Assembly (NCBI GenBank): GCA_964035545.1
Contig: OZ037770.1
Span: forward strand, 15,242,642 to 15,306,641
Origin: Bugula neritina
Lineage: Eukaryota > Animalia > Bryozoa
Direction: 5' to 3'
Length of the DNA: 64,000 nt
Below are positions 25,943-39,658 of this stretch, one piece after another. A program made the position numbers and the translations under genes. Within the stretch, counting starts at the first letter, position 1, and every line of letters starts with the position of its first letter. The notes under the pieces were generated by a model. It saw nothing but the letters and a program-made list of their open reading frames with translations, searched no databases and had not been told where the DNA came from.

Positions 25943-28900
25943 ATGGACTCTCTGAAAATACTCATTACGATTTCTGTGCTCTGTACTTGCAGTGGACACC
26001 CTATTACCGGAGGGCAACATGCTCACCAAACGTATGTATTCTAACCTGTATTCACTACTCTCTTGTGGTTAAGTTATTTTTAAAACAATAAAATAATAAA
26101 TTTTGTTCAGTAAAATAATCAGTGAAATAGGTAACAGCTAGTAGCATATTACAAGCATTTTTTGTATAACTAGCTAGCTTTTCATTTCTTTCTTTTATTT
26201 ACTAATTTTTTTTATACTTTCTTAAAGTATGGCAAAATACAAAGGTAGTTGTCAGGATTTAGCATGGGTTAATTATGTTTCACGTGGTCTAGCTGTAAAC
26301 ACCACAATGCACGTTAAATTTATTTTCAAGTTTGCTAAAAGCAACCGCATAAAAACAATTAACATAGATAGTATTATTTTAATTATGTGCAGAAATCATG
26401 TGTAATAATAGAATGTCAGTTAGCACCATATGCAAATTATGTTTTATACAATAGGTATCTAATAATATATTATTTTACTACCAAGATAAGTTGTGAGGTG
26501 TCACAATTTATTTTAAATACATATGCAAAAGTTAACAATTGATGGGTTCAGTTATCAATGTTAAAATTGGTAAAATTTGCTCTTACAGATCGTATATGCA
26601 ATCTTAAATAGAAACAGAAATGAAATAAGCTGCTGTAAAACAGATAGAGATACTTAAAATTGTCTTTTAATTTAGGATAGCATAGAAATTTAAAAGTTAT
26701 GTATTTTAAAATTTAATATGATTGATATTTCTATAAAATTAATTTTGTTTTTATAGCCCCACTGCTACCAACACCCATGTGAATGAAGTTAACAAGGTGG
26801 ACTGCCCGGGTCCAGTAAGACAGCTGTTTACCACGTTGGACATCCTTTACATGTGTAAGCCTGAAGTGGCTATCCAACCACACTCCTTACCTCCATCTCT
26901 ACCAGGTGAACCCACTTCAGTTCAGCTAAACTCTGTCAAACCAGTCAGTGGTGGGTTGGAGCCAGGAGTGGTTGCAGCCACAGCCCCCCAGGAGCCACTT
27001 CCAGGAAATCCAGTAGAACAACCAACACCTGTAGCTGCTAAGGCTGCAACACAGCCAACAACTGTAGCTGCTAAGGCTGCAACACAGCCAACAACTGTAG
27101 CTGCTAATGCTGTAACAGAGCCAACAACTGTAGCTGGTAACGCTCAAACACAACCCACAACTGTAGCTGCTAATGCTGCAATACAGCCAACAACTGTAGC
27201 TGCTAATGCTGCAACAGAGCCAACAACTGTAGCTGCAAATCTACCAACAGAGCCAACAACTGTAGCTGCTAATGCTGCAACAGAGCCAACAACTGTAGCT
27301 GCAAATCTACCAACAGAGCCAACAACTGTAGCTGCTAATGCTCAAACACAACCCACAACTGTAGCTGCAAATCTACCAACAAAGCCAACAACTGTAGTTG
27401 CAAATGTACCAACAGAACCACCAACTGTAGCTGCTAATGTACCAACACAACCCACAACTGTAGCTGCTAATGTACCAACACAACCCACAACTGTAGCTGC
27501 AAATCTACCAACAGAGCCAACAACTGTAGCTGCTAATGCTCAAACACAACCCACAACTGTAGCTGCTAATGTACATGTTCAGTCCACAGCTCATCCTACA
27601 AATATACCAGCTCAACCAACAGTACTGCCAGTTCAACCAGCAGCTAGCCATTTGGATCCAGCTCAGACACATACAGCACCAGGAGATCCAGGAGTTCTTG
27701 CCATAAAGATTATGGAAGGACAGTTTTTTGGTACCACCGCTGCATCTGGCAACCTGCCAAAACCAGTAGACGCACCATCCAAGCCAAACAATAATGCTCC
27801 ATCGCAAAAAGCTAACCAGTCTAACAAGGGAGCATCCGCTAAGTCAGGGCAGACCATGGCAACCCAAGAAACTATCAAAGCTAACAAAGAATGCCCATTT
27901 TACATTTTACCATTGTATCAGCACTTAGGGATTGCTAACTTATGCCCAACAGGCGCTAGTCCAAAAACTACTACCTCTGGTGTCTCAAAATCTGCTACAC
28001 TTACTACAGCTTCTCCAAGTAGTTCAACAACGACGCTATCATCAGCTCCACCTGCGCCAACAACTGGACAAACCACAGCTGTTTCATCCCCAACAGCAAC
28101 TGGACCAACTACAGCTGTTCCATCTCCAACAACAACTGGGCCAACCACAGCTGTTCCATCCCCAACAGCAACTGGACCGACTACAGCTGTTCCATCTCCA
28201 ACAACAACTGGGCCAACCACAGCTGTCCCATCTCCAACAACAACTGGGCCAACCACAGCTGTCCCATCTCCAACAACAACTGGGCCAACCACAGCTGTCC
28301 CATCTCCAACAACAACTGGGCCAACCACAGCTGTTCCATCCCCAACAGCAACTGGACCAACTACAGCTGTTCCATCTCCAACAACAACTGGGCCAACCAC
28401 AGCTGTTTCATCCCCAACAGCAACTGGACCAACTACAGCTGTTCCATCTCCAACAACAACTGGGCCAACTACAGCTGTCCCATCTCCAACAACAACTGGA
28501 CCAACCACAGCTGTTCCATCTCCAACAACAACTGGGCCAACCACAGCCGTACCTTCTTCAACAACAACTGGGCCAACCACAGCTGTTCCATCTCCAACAA
28601 CAACTGGGCCAACCACAACTGTTCCATCTCCAACAACAACTGGGCCAACCACAGCTGTTCCATCTCCAACAACAACTGGGCCAACCACAGCCGTACCTTC
28701 TCCAACAACAACTGGACCAACCACAGCTGTTCCATCTCCAACAACTACTGGGCCAACCACAGCTGTTCCATCTTCAACAACAACAGGACCAACTACAGCT
28801 GTTTCATTTGCACCAACAGATATGACGACCACACCTGAACCATCCACCATGTTCCCAATACTTGCTTTAAAATTTTCGGGCTTGGATCCATCAATGGGAA

Positions 28901-30131
28901 TAACAAAGACTCATTCTAATCCAGTTGCACCTGCTGATCCAACAACAGCAGCAGCTACTACAGCAGCAGCTACTACAGCAGCAGGCACTACAGTAACAGG
29001 CACTACTGCAGCAGCTACTACAGTAACAGCTACAACAGCAGCAGGGACTACCACTACTGCAGCAGCTACTACAGTGACAGGCACTACAGTGGCAGGTACT
29101 ACAGTAACAGGTTCTACAGTAACAGGCACTACAGTCACAGGAACCACAGCAGCTGGAACCACGGCAGCTGGAACCACAGCAGCAGGAACCACGGCAGCTG
29201 GAACCACTGCAGCAGCCACTACTGTAACAGGCACTACAGTAACAGGCACTACAGTAACAGGCACTACCTCCGCAGGAACCACAGCAGCTGGAACCACGGC
29301 AGCTGGAACCACGGCAGCTGGAACCACAGTAGCAGGAACCACAGCAGCTGGAACTACAGCAGCTGGAACCACGGCAGCTGAAACCACGGCAGCTGGAACC
29401 ACAGTAGCTGGAACCACAGCAGCTGGAACCACAGTCACAGGAACCACAGCAGCTGGAACCACGGCAGCTGGAACCACAGCAGCTGGAACCACTGCAGCAG
29501 CCACTACAGTAACAGGCACTACAGTAACAGGCACTACAGTAACAGGCACTACCTCAGCAGGAACCACAGCAGCTGGAACCACAGCAGCTGGAACCACGGC
29601 AGCTGGAACCACCGCAGCTGGAACCACAGCAGCTGGAACCACTGCAGCTGGAACCACAGCAGCTGGAACCACAATAGCTGGAACCACGGCAGCAGGAACC
29701 ACAGTCACAGGAACCACAGCAGCTGGAACCACGGCAGCTGGAACCACGGCAGCTGGAACCACGGCAGCTGGAACAAACAAGGCGTCATTGAAGAAGGCAA
29801 CTCCTCCCATGAAGTTCCACAAGAATGTTTGTAACGTTCAAGGTTAGTTTTACTATAATTTACTATTTTCAATATTCTTACATTTTATTGATGTGCAGCT
29901 TTTGTTACGCAAGGCACTATTTTATTGCAAAATGAAGCAGGTTTTACCTGCTTTTATCTATTCAATCTTCTGTTGACAGTTCCGGCTGGCCATGACTGCA
30001 AGAAGTTCAACAATAAGCGATGTCCACCACGGACTAGGTACGACGTCAGACTTTGCATCTGCAATCACGAACTCAAAGTTGACCCACAAACCTGCACAAG
30101 TTATTCTCATAATAGTAAGTATCACATCTGA
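25943..30131 (+). CDS. Secreted mucin-like protein B (~1108 aa) with C-terminal 6-Cys chitin-binding-like module
   Basis: Exons 25943-26031 (signal MDSLKILITISVLCTCSG, phase 2), 26757-29842 (phase 1), 29980-30131; module CNVQVPAGHDCKKFNNKRCPPRTRYDVRLCICNHELKVDPQTC. A GTAAGT donor at 30115 may instead splice to a short last exon (30539-30561, NNLLPRL*). Confidence 0.88.
27019..29772 (+). repeat. Coding tandem repeats of mucin B: 33-bp (PTTVAANxxTE/Q), 36-bp (PSPTTTGPTTAV), 15-bp (GTTAA/GTTVT)
   Basis: Three separate arrays at ~27019-27570, ~28060-28805 and ~28945-29772. Confidence 0.95.
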
Positions 30132-31440
30132 ATAAAGGTATTAAGTTTGAAAGTTAGTATTACAATTAAAAGTAATCATTTTGATAATTATTCAATTTTA
30201 ATTTTTTTAATTATATCTGTTATTTTTTCTAGCTTAATTTGAAATAGTAGCACAGTTACCACTTTTTTCATTTACTATTTTTTTAGCATTATTATTTAAA
30301 ACATTTTATTCTTAGAAAAATATGTTAGCCTTTTTTCCACACTTATAAAATTTACCGTACATGCTTTCAACATTTGTAGGAGTGTGAATTTCTCCGAAGT
30401 TACGCTAACGCTTGAGAAGAGGTGGAACAATGTAATTAGGCGTCTTTTATATATTTACATATCCCAGATGTGCTACAGAAACCTCAGTCAACATGCTCTA
30501 GACTTATATTTAAGTATTTTATATGCCATAACTTGCAGACAATTTACTTCCAAGGTTATAAACATAAAGCCTCTCTAGACAATACTCTTTACCAAAACAC
30601 ATCCAGTCACTCACCAAACTACTACCTGACCCAAGGCATCCTGTACTTGGCATCTACTGTTCAAAATGTTCCATATAAACGATTATTATTGATTTTGATT
30701 TTTAGAAAAGATTATTATGCTTAGATATAAAATAATTATTGTGAGTTGTGTCGATTTTCATTAATTACTTCAGTTTGTACATTTTGCTATTGCTGCTGTT
30801 TTTTTACAAAATGACTATGATTTTGGAATTGTAGTTGCTAATTTTAAAACACCATTTTTCTAACTTTTATGTTACCAGTCTTTGTTGTATATTATATCTA
30901 ATTTTTAAAATTTCAACAGTTGGTGCTTCATATGCTGTAATAAACCACTGATACAACACATTTTATGGAGTATGTTTCAATTTTCACTGCCCTAGCTCAT
31001 TGGAAGCTTAATTTTAAAATGCAACAATAATTTATTTAATTAAATGTTTGAACGCCCTTCCGATAGGTTACGCACCCTGTTTACTCTTATTTATAAATAA
31101 TTACCAGCAAAAAAACATTAAACTATTAAACTACTATTAAACTGTGTTAGCAGGAAATGCACTGTCATAGCTTATAATCTAATAGTAATAGCACTATAGG
31201 GTGGGAGCTGTTGCACTCCACCCTTCTATAATTATGTCACAGGAACCCTGGGCAAGATACGCCTAATTTCTGTTAATAACTATTCATTATGCCAACTAAA
31301 TGAATAATGAGATGATTAACCATGCATTATTTTAAGTGAAGTGCAAGAGCAGGCAGTGCAGCTGTTATATGTATATTATAGCTATAGCTAAAAGTATAAC
31401 AGTCGCACATAAAAACAACAACCTGCAAGGACTTACTTCC

Positions 31441-31661
31441 TAGACACATTTTGCCGAACATAAGATAGTAGCCATTTTCCAAATATCCGAGCTTCGTGTA
31501 CGATGTTGCAGTACGTTAGGATTAAACACTGCTTGATTAAAAAAGTTGCGGCGGGCACCTATTGGACGGGAAGACGTTGGCATCAATTTAGTAGATGTAA
31601 ATGAGCCTTAAAAATAGCTGTCATTTTACGTTACGGCCTTTGGTGTGGCAAAATGTGTCTA
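31441..31661. mobile_element. MITE with 15-bp perfect terminal inverted repeats
   Basis: TAGACACATTTTGCC ... GGCAAAATGTGTCTA; interior similar to the elements at 41770 and 46644 (e.g. GTACGTTAGGAT-AAACACTGCTT). Confidence 0.75.
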
Positions 31662-34458
31662 TATATATAGGGGGTTAACCATTTGACATACACTGATTAG
31701 ATAATACACTGCTTGTGCCTTGTATTACAAGCTGGTACAAGTTCAATGGTTACATAATTAGTTTTTACAAATGCAGCTATTTAGACAGTTGTGTGACAAG
31801 TTTGTTATACAATCTACATAAAATGCAAAGTAACTATTCCAAAGTAATAATTAAAATAATAATGAAACTAAAATGTGTTCAAACATTGCTTGAGCTGGTA
31901 TATATATAAAGATAACATCTCCTGGCAGAAGAAACCTGACTTCTAAATTAGAAACTTTGTGCCTAAATAAATTAAAAAAATTGTATATTTTATATTAGAA
32001 AATAATGATATAAATACTATTCATGCAAAATAATAATACACGTTGACTGGGGTTTGTACTACATATAAGTTGTGCCGACATTAGTTGTAGTTTTTCTCAA
32101 TCTATTTTTAGCATTTGTTAAGTGAAATTTAAGTCTGTACTAGCTGAAGTTAAAAGTTACACCTGACTAAAATTGTGACAAACTGAAACTCAGCTCTGCA
32201 TGTGTGGTTTGCTGTAAATATTTAATTTACTTAGTAAAATTTACAGTCATACGTTTAAATTCAAGTAAGGTCAGTGGTGATGGTTTTAGTTTGCCTAATA
32301 ACCCCTTGGGGTTCTCGCAGCGGTGGAGACGTAGAAAACATAAGTAATAAATATATAAGCATGTGTCCAGTATATGACTATAATATATAGTAAAATATTA
32401 GCAAAGTTTATTATTATAATATGATAGTGTAGCCCATCTATTGAATCTAGTTATTTGAAGGTAGAGTTATCTTCTCACTAAACTTCATTTTATTGTAAGT
32501 ATTGTGTATAGAAGCCAATCATAGCTCTTTTAATTGCTAAGAAATGAAAAATAGAAAAGTATATATTGAGAAACTTGTGGATATTTAAGAAAAAAAACAA
32601 AGTAGATTAAGCAAATTGTGACTTTAACAAGAATTGCAAATAGGTTATTTAAAAAACAAATTAAACTAATATTTGGCTAGAAAGAATAAATGACGGACAC
32701 ACTTACAAACAAAAATTTACCTATTTGATGTATTTGGTAGTCAAGAACTAACATTTGTTTTGTTTTGACAATTACCATTTCACTGTCTCTAATTATTGTT
32801 TGTTTAGTTTAAAATTTTGGCCACAAAGCACTTAGTTTAGTCAACCCTGACTACTTTAGAAAATTTTAAAAGTAAGGCCAAAAGTATGTTTTGGGCTTTC
32901 TTCAGAAATAATGCTAAAATGTTTTTATACCATTATCTTTGCTATTATTTAAACGTAAACTTGTCTAATAGAAATTATAATATACATCAATATAATTGTT
33001 TATAATACAAATGTGATTGAAGTAGCCATGTTAATATATGTTACCATTCAAAACACAGGTAGCTTTCTTGTTCCCATAGCAACCACCAGCTGTTTGTTAT
33101 TATAATAAGGGAAACATACTTTATATAATGTATAAATAACAACTTGCATACTAATGCGATGTTGGGTGTGAGTGGCATGCAAACAAAGTTTATCTTCCTG
33201 CACTTTAACTTTCAACAGACTGGAAGGGAAGGCACAGAATAACAATATGAGGATAGTCTACAGGGCTTGTCTTTGCTATAACTGGGAGTATAATTCGTAC
33301 AAAAAAATGAATGACGATAGCAATGATATTAAACCCACATCAAATATGCTTGCAGTAGCTCCACAAAATGCTAAACCTAAATTAATGTACCATATTTAGA
33401 TAATTAAATGAAGAAGTATACGATTTAAAATAACATTATAATTATCTTGCTTATTAAAAGTTATGGCATGACTAATTTTAGACTTATCTATGACGTAAAG
33501 AATGTTATGCATGCTGGTACACAATTTTATATTGAACATTCTTAAGTTTAGAGAATTTGGTTCTGTTATAGTTGACACTAGTTATTAATTGTATATAAAA
33601 TCACCATGTGTTTGGGTGACTATAATTCTTAAAATAACTCCTGCAATTCTAATACAGTGAATGTCTTTTATAGTTTTCAAAAACTCACCCAACTCAGAGC
33701 TATGAGATATTAACTCAAATCAGACTTAGAAGTTTCTAGAGTCTGGCTACTGAGGAGATACAACACAAAATGTGTTACACTAAATCAAGTCTTAATCTAA
33801 AAATCCATGATGTGGCCACTTGTTCAGAATCATTTCACAGTTTATTTTTCTTTACTGAAGAAATTCTAGAAAAATATTGTCGGCAGATTTTACCCAGATG
33901 TTTTGGTGGCTGATAGATTTGTGAGGGGAAGGCAATTAGAGTTCTCAATTTCATTAATATTTGACAGCTTTTCTCATGTAGCTTAGAATGAACTCTTCAA
34001 ACTGCTATGGCTGTAGTAGTTTTCTTATAGCTGAATCTTTTGTTAGGTTTTGCTGATGTGCAATTTTATATGTTTATAAAGAATTCAAGTAATTAAATAT
34101 TTTTTAACTTCACATAATTAAAAGAAGATACAACACTGTATATATAGGAACAACACTGCATAAGGAAAACACTGAATAAAAAAATTAGATAGCTACAGTA
34201 TCTGTTCATCTAGTATAATTAGTCTACCTCAATAGTGAAAGAGTTACCATGGCAACAGCTCAGAATATAAATTGTATAAATACAGCTTTTTTTATTTGAA
34301 ATTTATTATTTCAAAATAATTTTCTAAAAGTGGGAAAATATGCATGTACTCGACATTTTTTCACACAACACCTCAAATAAGTGAACTGTGAAATTATATT
34401 TTATAAGAAGAGCAAACGAAACAGTTCTATTAATAGGAAATAAAAACCCCCAGCTGGA

Positions 34459-34517
34459 TCCACCCATCTAGAGTTTTATTTATATAAGACCCTCTCAAAT
34501 TCCTTCCTTATATTAGT
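34459..34517 (+). promoter_or_regulatory. Core promoter of mucin C (CACCC box, TATA, Inr)
   Basis: ATCCACCC at ~34458, TATATAA at 34481, TTAGT at 34513-34517, ATG at 34559. Confidence 0.55.
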
Positions 34518-34558
34518 CTCTTTAACTCAGGTCTAGAAAGACTAAAAGTTTCTACAAT

Positions 34559-36119
34559 ATGAAAGAAGTTTGGTTGGCCAACTTCTGCTTGGTTGCAGTG
34601 GTGTATTCACAGATACCACCGTGAGTATTATAATATTATTCTCAAACATATTTACGATTTGCATAATAATGATAATGCAAATTTGTCACTCTTTGATGTA
34701 TTATCAAGAAGCAGGAGGTTGACGTACTACAAACAAGGTCTAACAACTGAAATTATAGCAATTTGCTGTAATTTAAATTACGCATTTACTAATAAATCAA
34801 ACCAATGTTATTTTAGTTTTATTGATAAACTATCAGTAATTTAATTTGTGCTTTTTTAAAGTATTAAAGCATATTAGGCTTAGATTTCGAAACACAAATA
34901 GTTGTTGCTATTGGGAATCATGCAATCATATTTTACTCTATTCTTAATAAACAACTGCACTTTTAAAGGTATATTATTGCCTCTGCACACCACATTGAAA
35001 AGAGCATATAGCTTTCTGAGTTAAATTCTTGCAGTTTTGTTACTTATTCAGCAGCATTGAGTGATTTAACAACAGCTTCTAATATAGCCTACTGATTTTT
35101 AGCATGACCCCAATAATGGTTAGCTTTCTTTGTTGAAGTTGGCCTAGTAGTCCAGCTAGTATAAGAACTTAATCCGAACTCAAAGCTCAAAAGCTTCAGA
35201 TTTCAGCATCAACATTTATTATTTTCTGTAACTATAATTTATTTTCAATTTAGTGATTCAACCAATAGAGCAGCTGCAGCAGCAAGGCAAGCAACTCCAG
35301 CTACAGTAGCAATCCATGCAAAAGTTACAACAGCTAAGGCTGTCCAAAGTCCTACAGCATCAGTTACTACTTCAGTAGTACCACCAGCACTAACTGCTAC
35401 ACATTCACCTGTTGCTACAGGTACACGTGTTGCTACAGGTACACCTGTTGCTACAGGTGTACCTGTAGCAGAAGGTTCATCTGCTGCTACACATTCACCT
35501 GTTGATAAAGTTGGTAGCCGAACAAATTCCAAGGTCATGACACCAACAACCTCTGCTAAGGACTGCAAAGTTTCAGGTAAAAACTTGCTGCAAAGTAACT
35601 TAAATATAATGACCTTCTATTTGAATTATTATACATAATTGCAGTAGAAAAATTCTATGAAACTCATTTGTATTTATATGTTGCATACTATCTTATTCCT
35701 TGCTATAAACTTTGCACCTGGTAAACAGTTGGAGTCGACTGCAAGACCTACGATGGAATGCCGTGTCCTCCAGGCACCAGATATGATGTCAGAACCTGCA
35801 TGTGTAACCACCACAAGTCGGTGGACCTCTCAACTTGCACTAGCTTACCAGAGTTCATTCCAAACTTGTGTGATGTTAAGCGTAAGTCTTATTACTAGAC
35901 CAGGTGTAGCTTCTTTATCTAGTGTGTATATTAGGTTAATAAATTAAACTACGTCGCAGAAAGGATAAAATTTGCTATACTTATTTTTTCACAGTGAGAG
36001 CGAGATCAGGGTGCTTGGAGTTTGGAACTCAGAAATGTGGGAATGGCACAATATATGACATAAAGCTCTGTATCTGCAACCACGCACCACTGGTTAATGA
36101 GACAACTTGTAGCAGCTAA
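34559..36119 (+). CDS. Secreted short mucin-like protein C (~220 aa) with two tandem 6-Cys modules
   Basis: Exons 34559-34620 (MKEVWLANFCLVAVVYS, phase 2), 35254-35576 (T/A/P/V-rich, phase 1), 35729-35881 (phase 1), 35995-36119; modules CKVSVGVDCKTYDGMPCPPGTRYDVRTCMCNHHKSVDLSTC and CDVKLRARSGCLEFGTQKCGNGTIYDIKLCICNHAPLVNETTC. Not represented in the correct frame in the ORF track. Confidence 0.88.
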
Positions 36120-39100
36120 GTGTCTGGTGGGAGTTGTGCTCTCTACTAGCATTCCTAGCTACAAAGTAGGTATATCATTATACAAAGAAATTCTTGATGT
36201 TTTGTAAAATTAGACTAATTAATTAGCAATTGATTACCACACCTGATTGTTATTATTTGCTACGCCCTGAACTACAAAGGCTTGGTTGATGACATTGTAT
36301 TGAAATCTTAACGTTTCATCTGTATAGGTATAATTAAATACAATGCAACTTCCATATTCTGGTCTCATAGTCAAATTCACTGCGTGAGATCCCTAATGTT
36401 AGCATGACAACAATATAAGCTACTAAAGTATAATTATAATTGAAACATAACTTGACAGTCCATGACTCTTTGTGTCAAATATTCATTAGGATTACATCTC
36501 TTGGGGCATTTGCTGTGTCATTTTACACTCAATTATCATTAAATTAATTTGACAAATTAGTTTTTAATAGCTATATGGGCTGTCTAAATAGCAATATCAA
36601 GCTTAGCAGTTGTAGCACTTGGAAAAATGTAATTTTCTTTTTTGCTAATTATTAATACCTCCAGGGAGAGGAACAGCAACTAAAGATTATGGTTATTGAT
36701 TCTGAGGAAAATTAGATAACGAGAGTTGTAAGAAATGGGCGTGAGCCTGCTTCCTATATCTAGACTCTAGTATGCCGAATGCTTAGTCCAGTTTTTTTGT
36801 TATGTACTCTATTATATTTTATAGACAGATAAATATCTAACAGCAGAAGAAACTGAAATATATGCCAGAGCAAGAGATACTATAACATTATTACATTTAT
36901 TAGTATATCGTCAATTTATCATATATTATATATCATTGTTATCATTTCAGCATTGCAATTTATTTAATTGTTTTGTAAACAAAATCAAGAATTGACCCAT
37001 GCTGAAGCTTTTAATTAGGAGTATTTTTCATGTTATGAAACTACTATATATAGTTGTTTGTTGAATTTATAAGTTATTTAATGTTTGCAAACATTATTAT
37101 ATCTTTTGTAATTTTAATTAAATTCAAAACTATAATTTATCATTTACGTTTAGCATAACATTAGAAAAAGAAAAACAACTATAGTTAATATTAGATTATA
37201 TAGGTATAACTATAAATAGTTCATTAATAAATCTGCAGAGAAATGTTAAATTGGTGTGGTTAGAAACTTTGAGTAAACCCATTTAATTTTTGAAGTCTTT
37301 TTTCAACTAAATGGTTTGTTGACAAAGTTCATGTAGCTTTGGCACCCGTTATGTCTTGTTTTAAGATTTCAAAAATACTCAAAATATTCGATTTTTGTCT
37401 GTTTGTAGAATTGTGTTGCCGTTTGCATTCAAAGTACATGGTGCAGATTATATAATATAATAACGTCTCCATAATTATTTTTATCTTGTACCTACTTTAC
37501 GTTTGATGCTCGTAAATTTCACATTCTATACTATATAGTTTACTTAGCCTATATGTTAAATATATAACATAAACAATAGAATATATACTCCATATCTCGA
37601 GTATAACATATTTGCATATAGTACGACATATATTTTATAATATATAACGTATGTATCATAAATTATACATATATTCGTTATGATGTGCTACATATATATG
37701 AGCTGATGGCTTGCATTTCTTATTTATAAAATATGTTTTAAATTGTTGTAGTATAATTTTACTTATTACATACATATGCTATATATATACCGTACTTAGT
37801 TTATATTTTATATTATATATAGTATACGTTAATTTTTATAAATAATACTAACTTTTATATATATATATATATATAAAACCTGCTATATATTTATACTCTG
37901 TTATATATTTTCACATATAATATAACAAATATGTAATATAAACTATAAAGTATACGCTGAATTTTAAATATAATATATTTTGCATATAATGAGAATTATA
38001 TTCTATATTTAGCATTCATCATAATAATGCCTATATTTTTATGTTGCTACATATTTGAGCTATTTTTGTCACATTAAGATTTTTAAAAAATATTTTTCAT
38101 CTCTTAGTAGTTGATTAAACTTAGCTATCAGATATACTAAATACACATATATTGAAGATAATTTTAATATAACATAAATATAATATAACATAACAATTAT
38201 GTAATATATAACATAAATGTATTATATTATTGTATAATATAAAAAATACCACGTATTACAGAAAACGAATATAATAAAACATAATAAAATATAAATTGAT
38301 ATAATTGAGAATGTTTAATAATAATTTTATTTGAGCTTTGATGGTGGTCCTAATTGTGCTGTTTTTCTGTAATGAAACTCAATCAAGTGATTCATGTAGT
38401 TATATTAAGGTGCAGGTCACAGTTTGTAAGCTAAGCAATTATTGTTGCAATACCGCTCCTAGTCAGTGAACTCAAAGTGGCCTTGTTTGTTTGAACTGAT
38501 CAGAATGTAACGAGTATCAATTGCTATAGCTTAAAAATAGAGCTTCTTATATAAAACATCTTTTGTACAGCAAAAGAATAAAGCAAAGATTTAAGCTTAA
38601 ATAGAACAGTTGGTTGCTAATTATTGTATTTGGCAAAATGCTTTACGTAATGCAGAATAACTTAGAATAATGAATACTATTCTAAGTGATTGAAGGCCAA
38701 TGTAGGACAATGCATGGGTATATAATATGCTTAATATTGTTCGGGCTAGCCTACTTGGGTGGTAGAAGAAATGGAAAATGTGTGCCGAAAAATCAATTTA
38801 TCAATTCAAGCTGCAAGTGTTATACATATCAGCAATTGCATGCGATGCTACACTATATACGTTTCCTCTGACAGAGTACACATCATTGCCTAATATAGCA
38901 ACTATTTACTGCTGGTTGTGATCCTCATCTAAGAATATCAATTCAGGAAAACTCTGTTTAAATATCTATAGCGGAATATTGAATTTATTGCAATATTATA
39001 ATGCATCCATGCTTAGTTATTTTTACCATCAGTTAGTGAATGCACAAACAAGAGTTTGTTTCTACTAGTATAATATGACTATATGTCTGATTATATATAA

Positions 39101-39138
39101 TATAATATAATACAATATAATATATGTTTAAATAGATT

Positions 39139-39350
39139 AGAGAGCAGCCGTGGTCTAGGGGTTAGAGCATCTGCCCAGTAAGCACAAAGTCATGGGTTCG
39201 AGCCCTGACAAAGGCCATTGGTGATGTTAGGAAGAACATCCAGTCATAATTGCTCCTGTGCCTCATTTAGATAGTCCTTAGCCCGATTTAACAAAAACCC
39301 GTTCCATCGTTTCCTTACAGGGATAGTGACTATAAACTTGCGTGAGTTTT
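39139..39350 (+). mobile_element. tRNA-derived SINE, copy 2
   Basis: GAGCAGCCGTGGTCTAGGGG (A box) ... GGTTCGAGCCC (B box); central GGAAGAACATCCAGTCATAA; T-rich 3' end; TSD ATATGTTTAAATAGATT at 39122-39138 and 39351-39367. Confidence 0.9.
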
Positions 39351-39615
39351 ATATGTTTAAATAGATTGCAGCATCCTTTAAATACTTGCAATTGCTTTTC
39401 TCATGAACTTACAAACTGCCCACGTAAAACTTTTATTTAAAACTCACAAATGAGATGTTCAATTTAAGTAATTTTCAGCCTCTGCTGCCGTGTAAGTTTG
39501 ATAAACGTAAACCTTATATAGTCCTGCGTTTTAGTAGACAATGAGGTTCGTAATATGTACCATATACAACATTAAGGCTAAATAAATTAAATTAAAGTAA
39601 TAATTATAATTAACC

Positions 39616-39617
<2 letters not shown>

Positions 39618-39655
<38 letters not shown>
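39618..39655. repeat. (TA)n microsatellite
   Basis: Directly visible. Confidence 0.9.

Positions 39656-39658
<3 letters not shown>

Noticed and set aside
28945-29772. Antifreeze glycoprotein resemblance of Thr-Ala-Ala-containing repeats
   Set aside because: Periodicity is 5 aa (GTTAA), not the (TAA)n tripeptide, and there are no polyprotein spacers; generic mucin composition explains it.
39139-39215. tRNA gene
   Set aside because: A and B boxes are present, but it continues into a SINE body with TSDs and has no proper acceptor stem.
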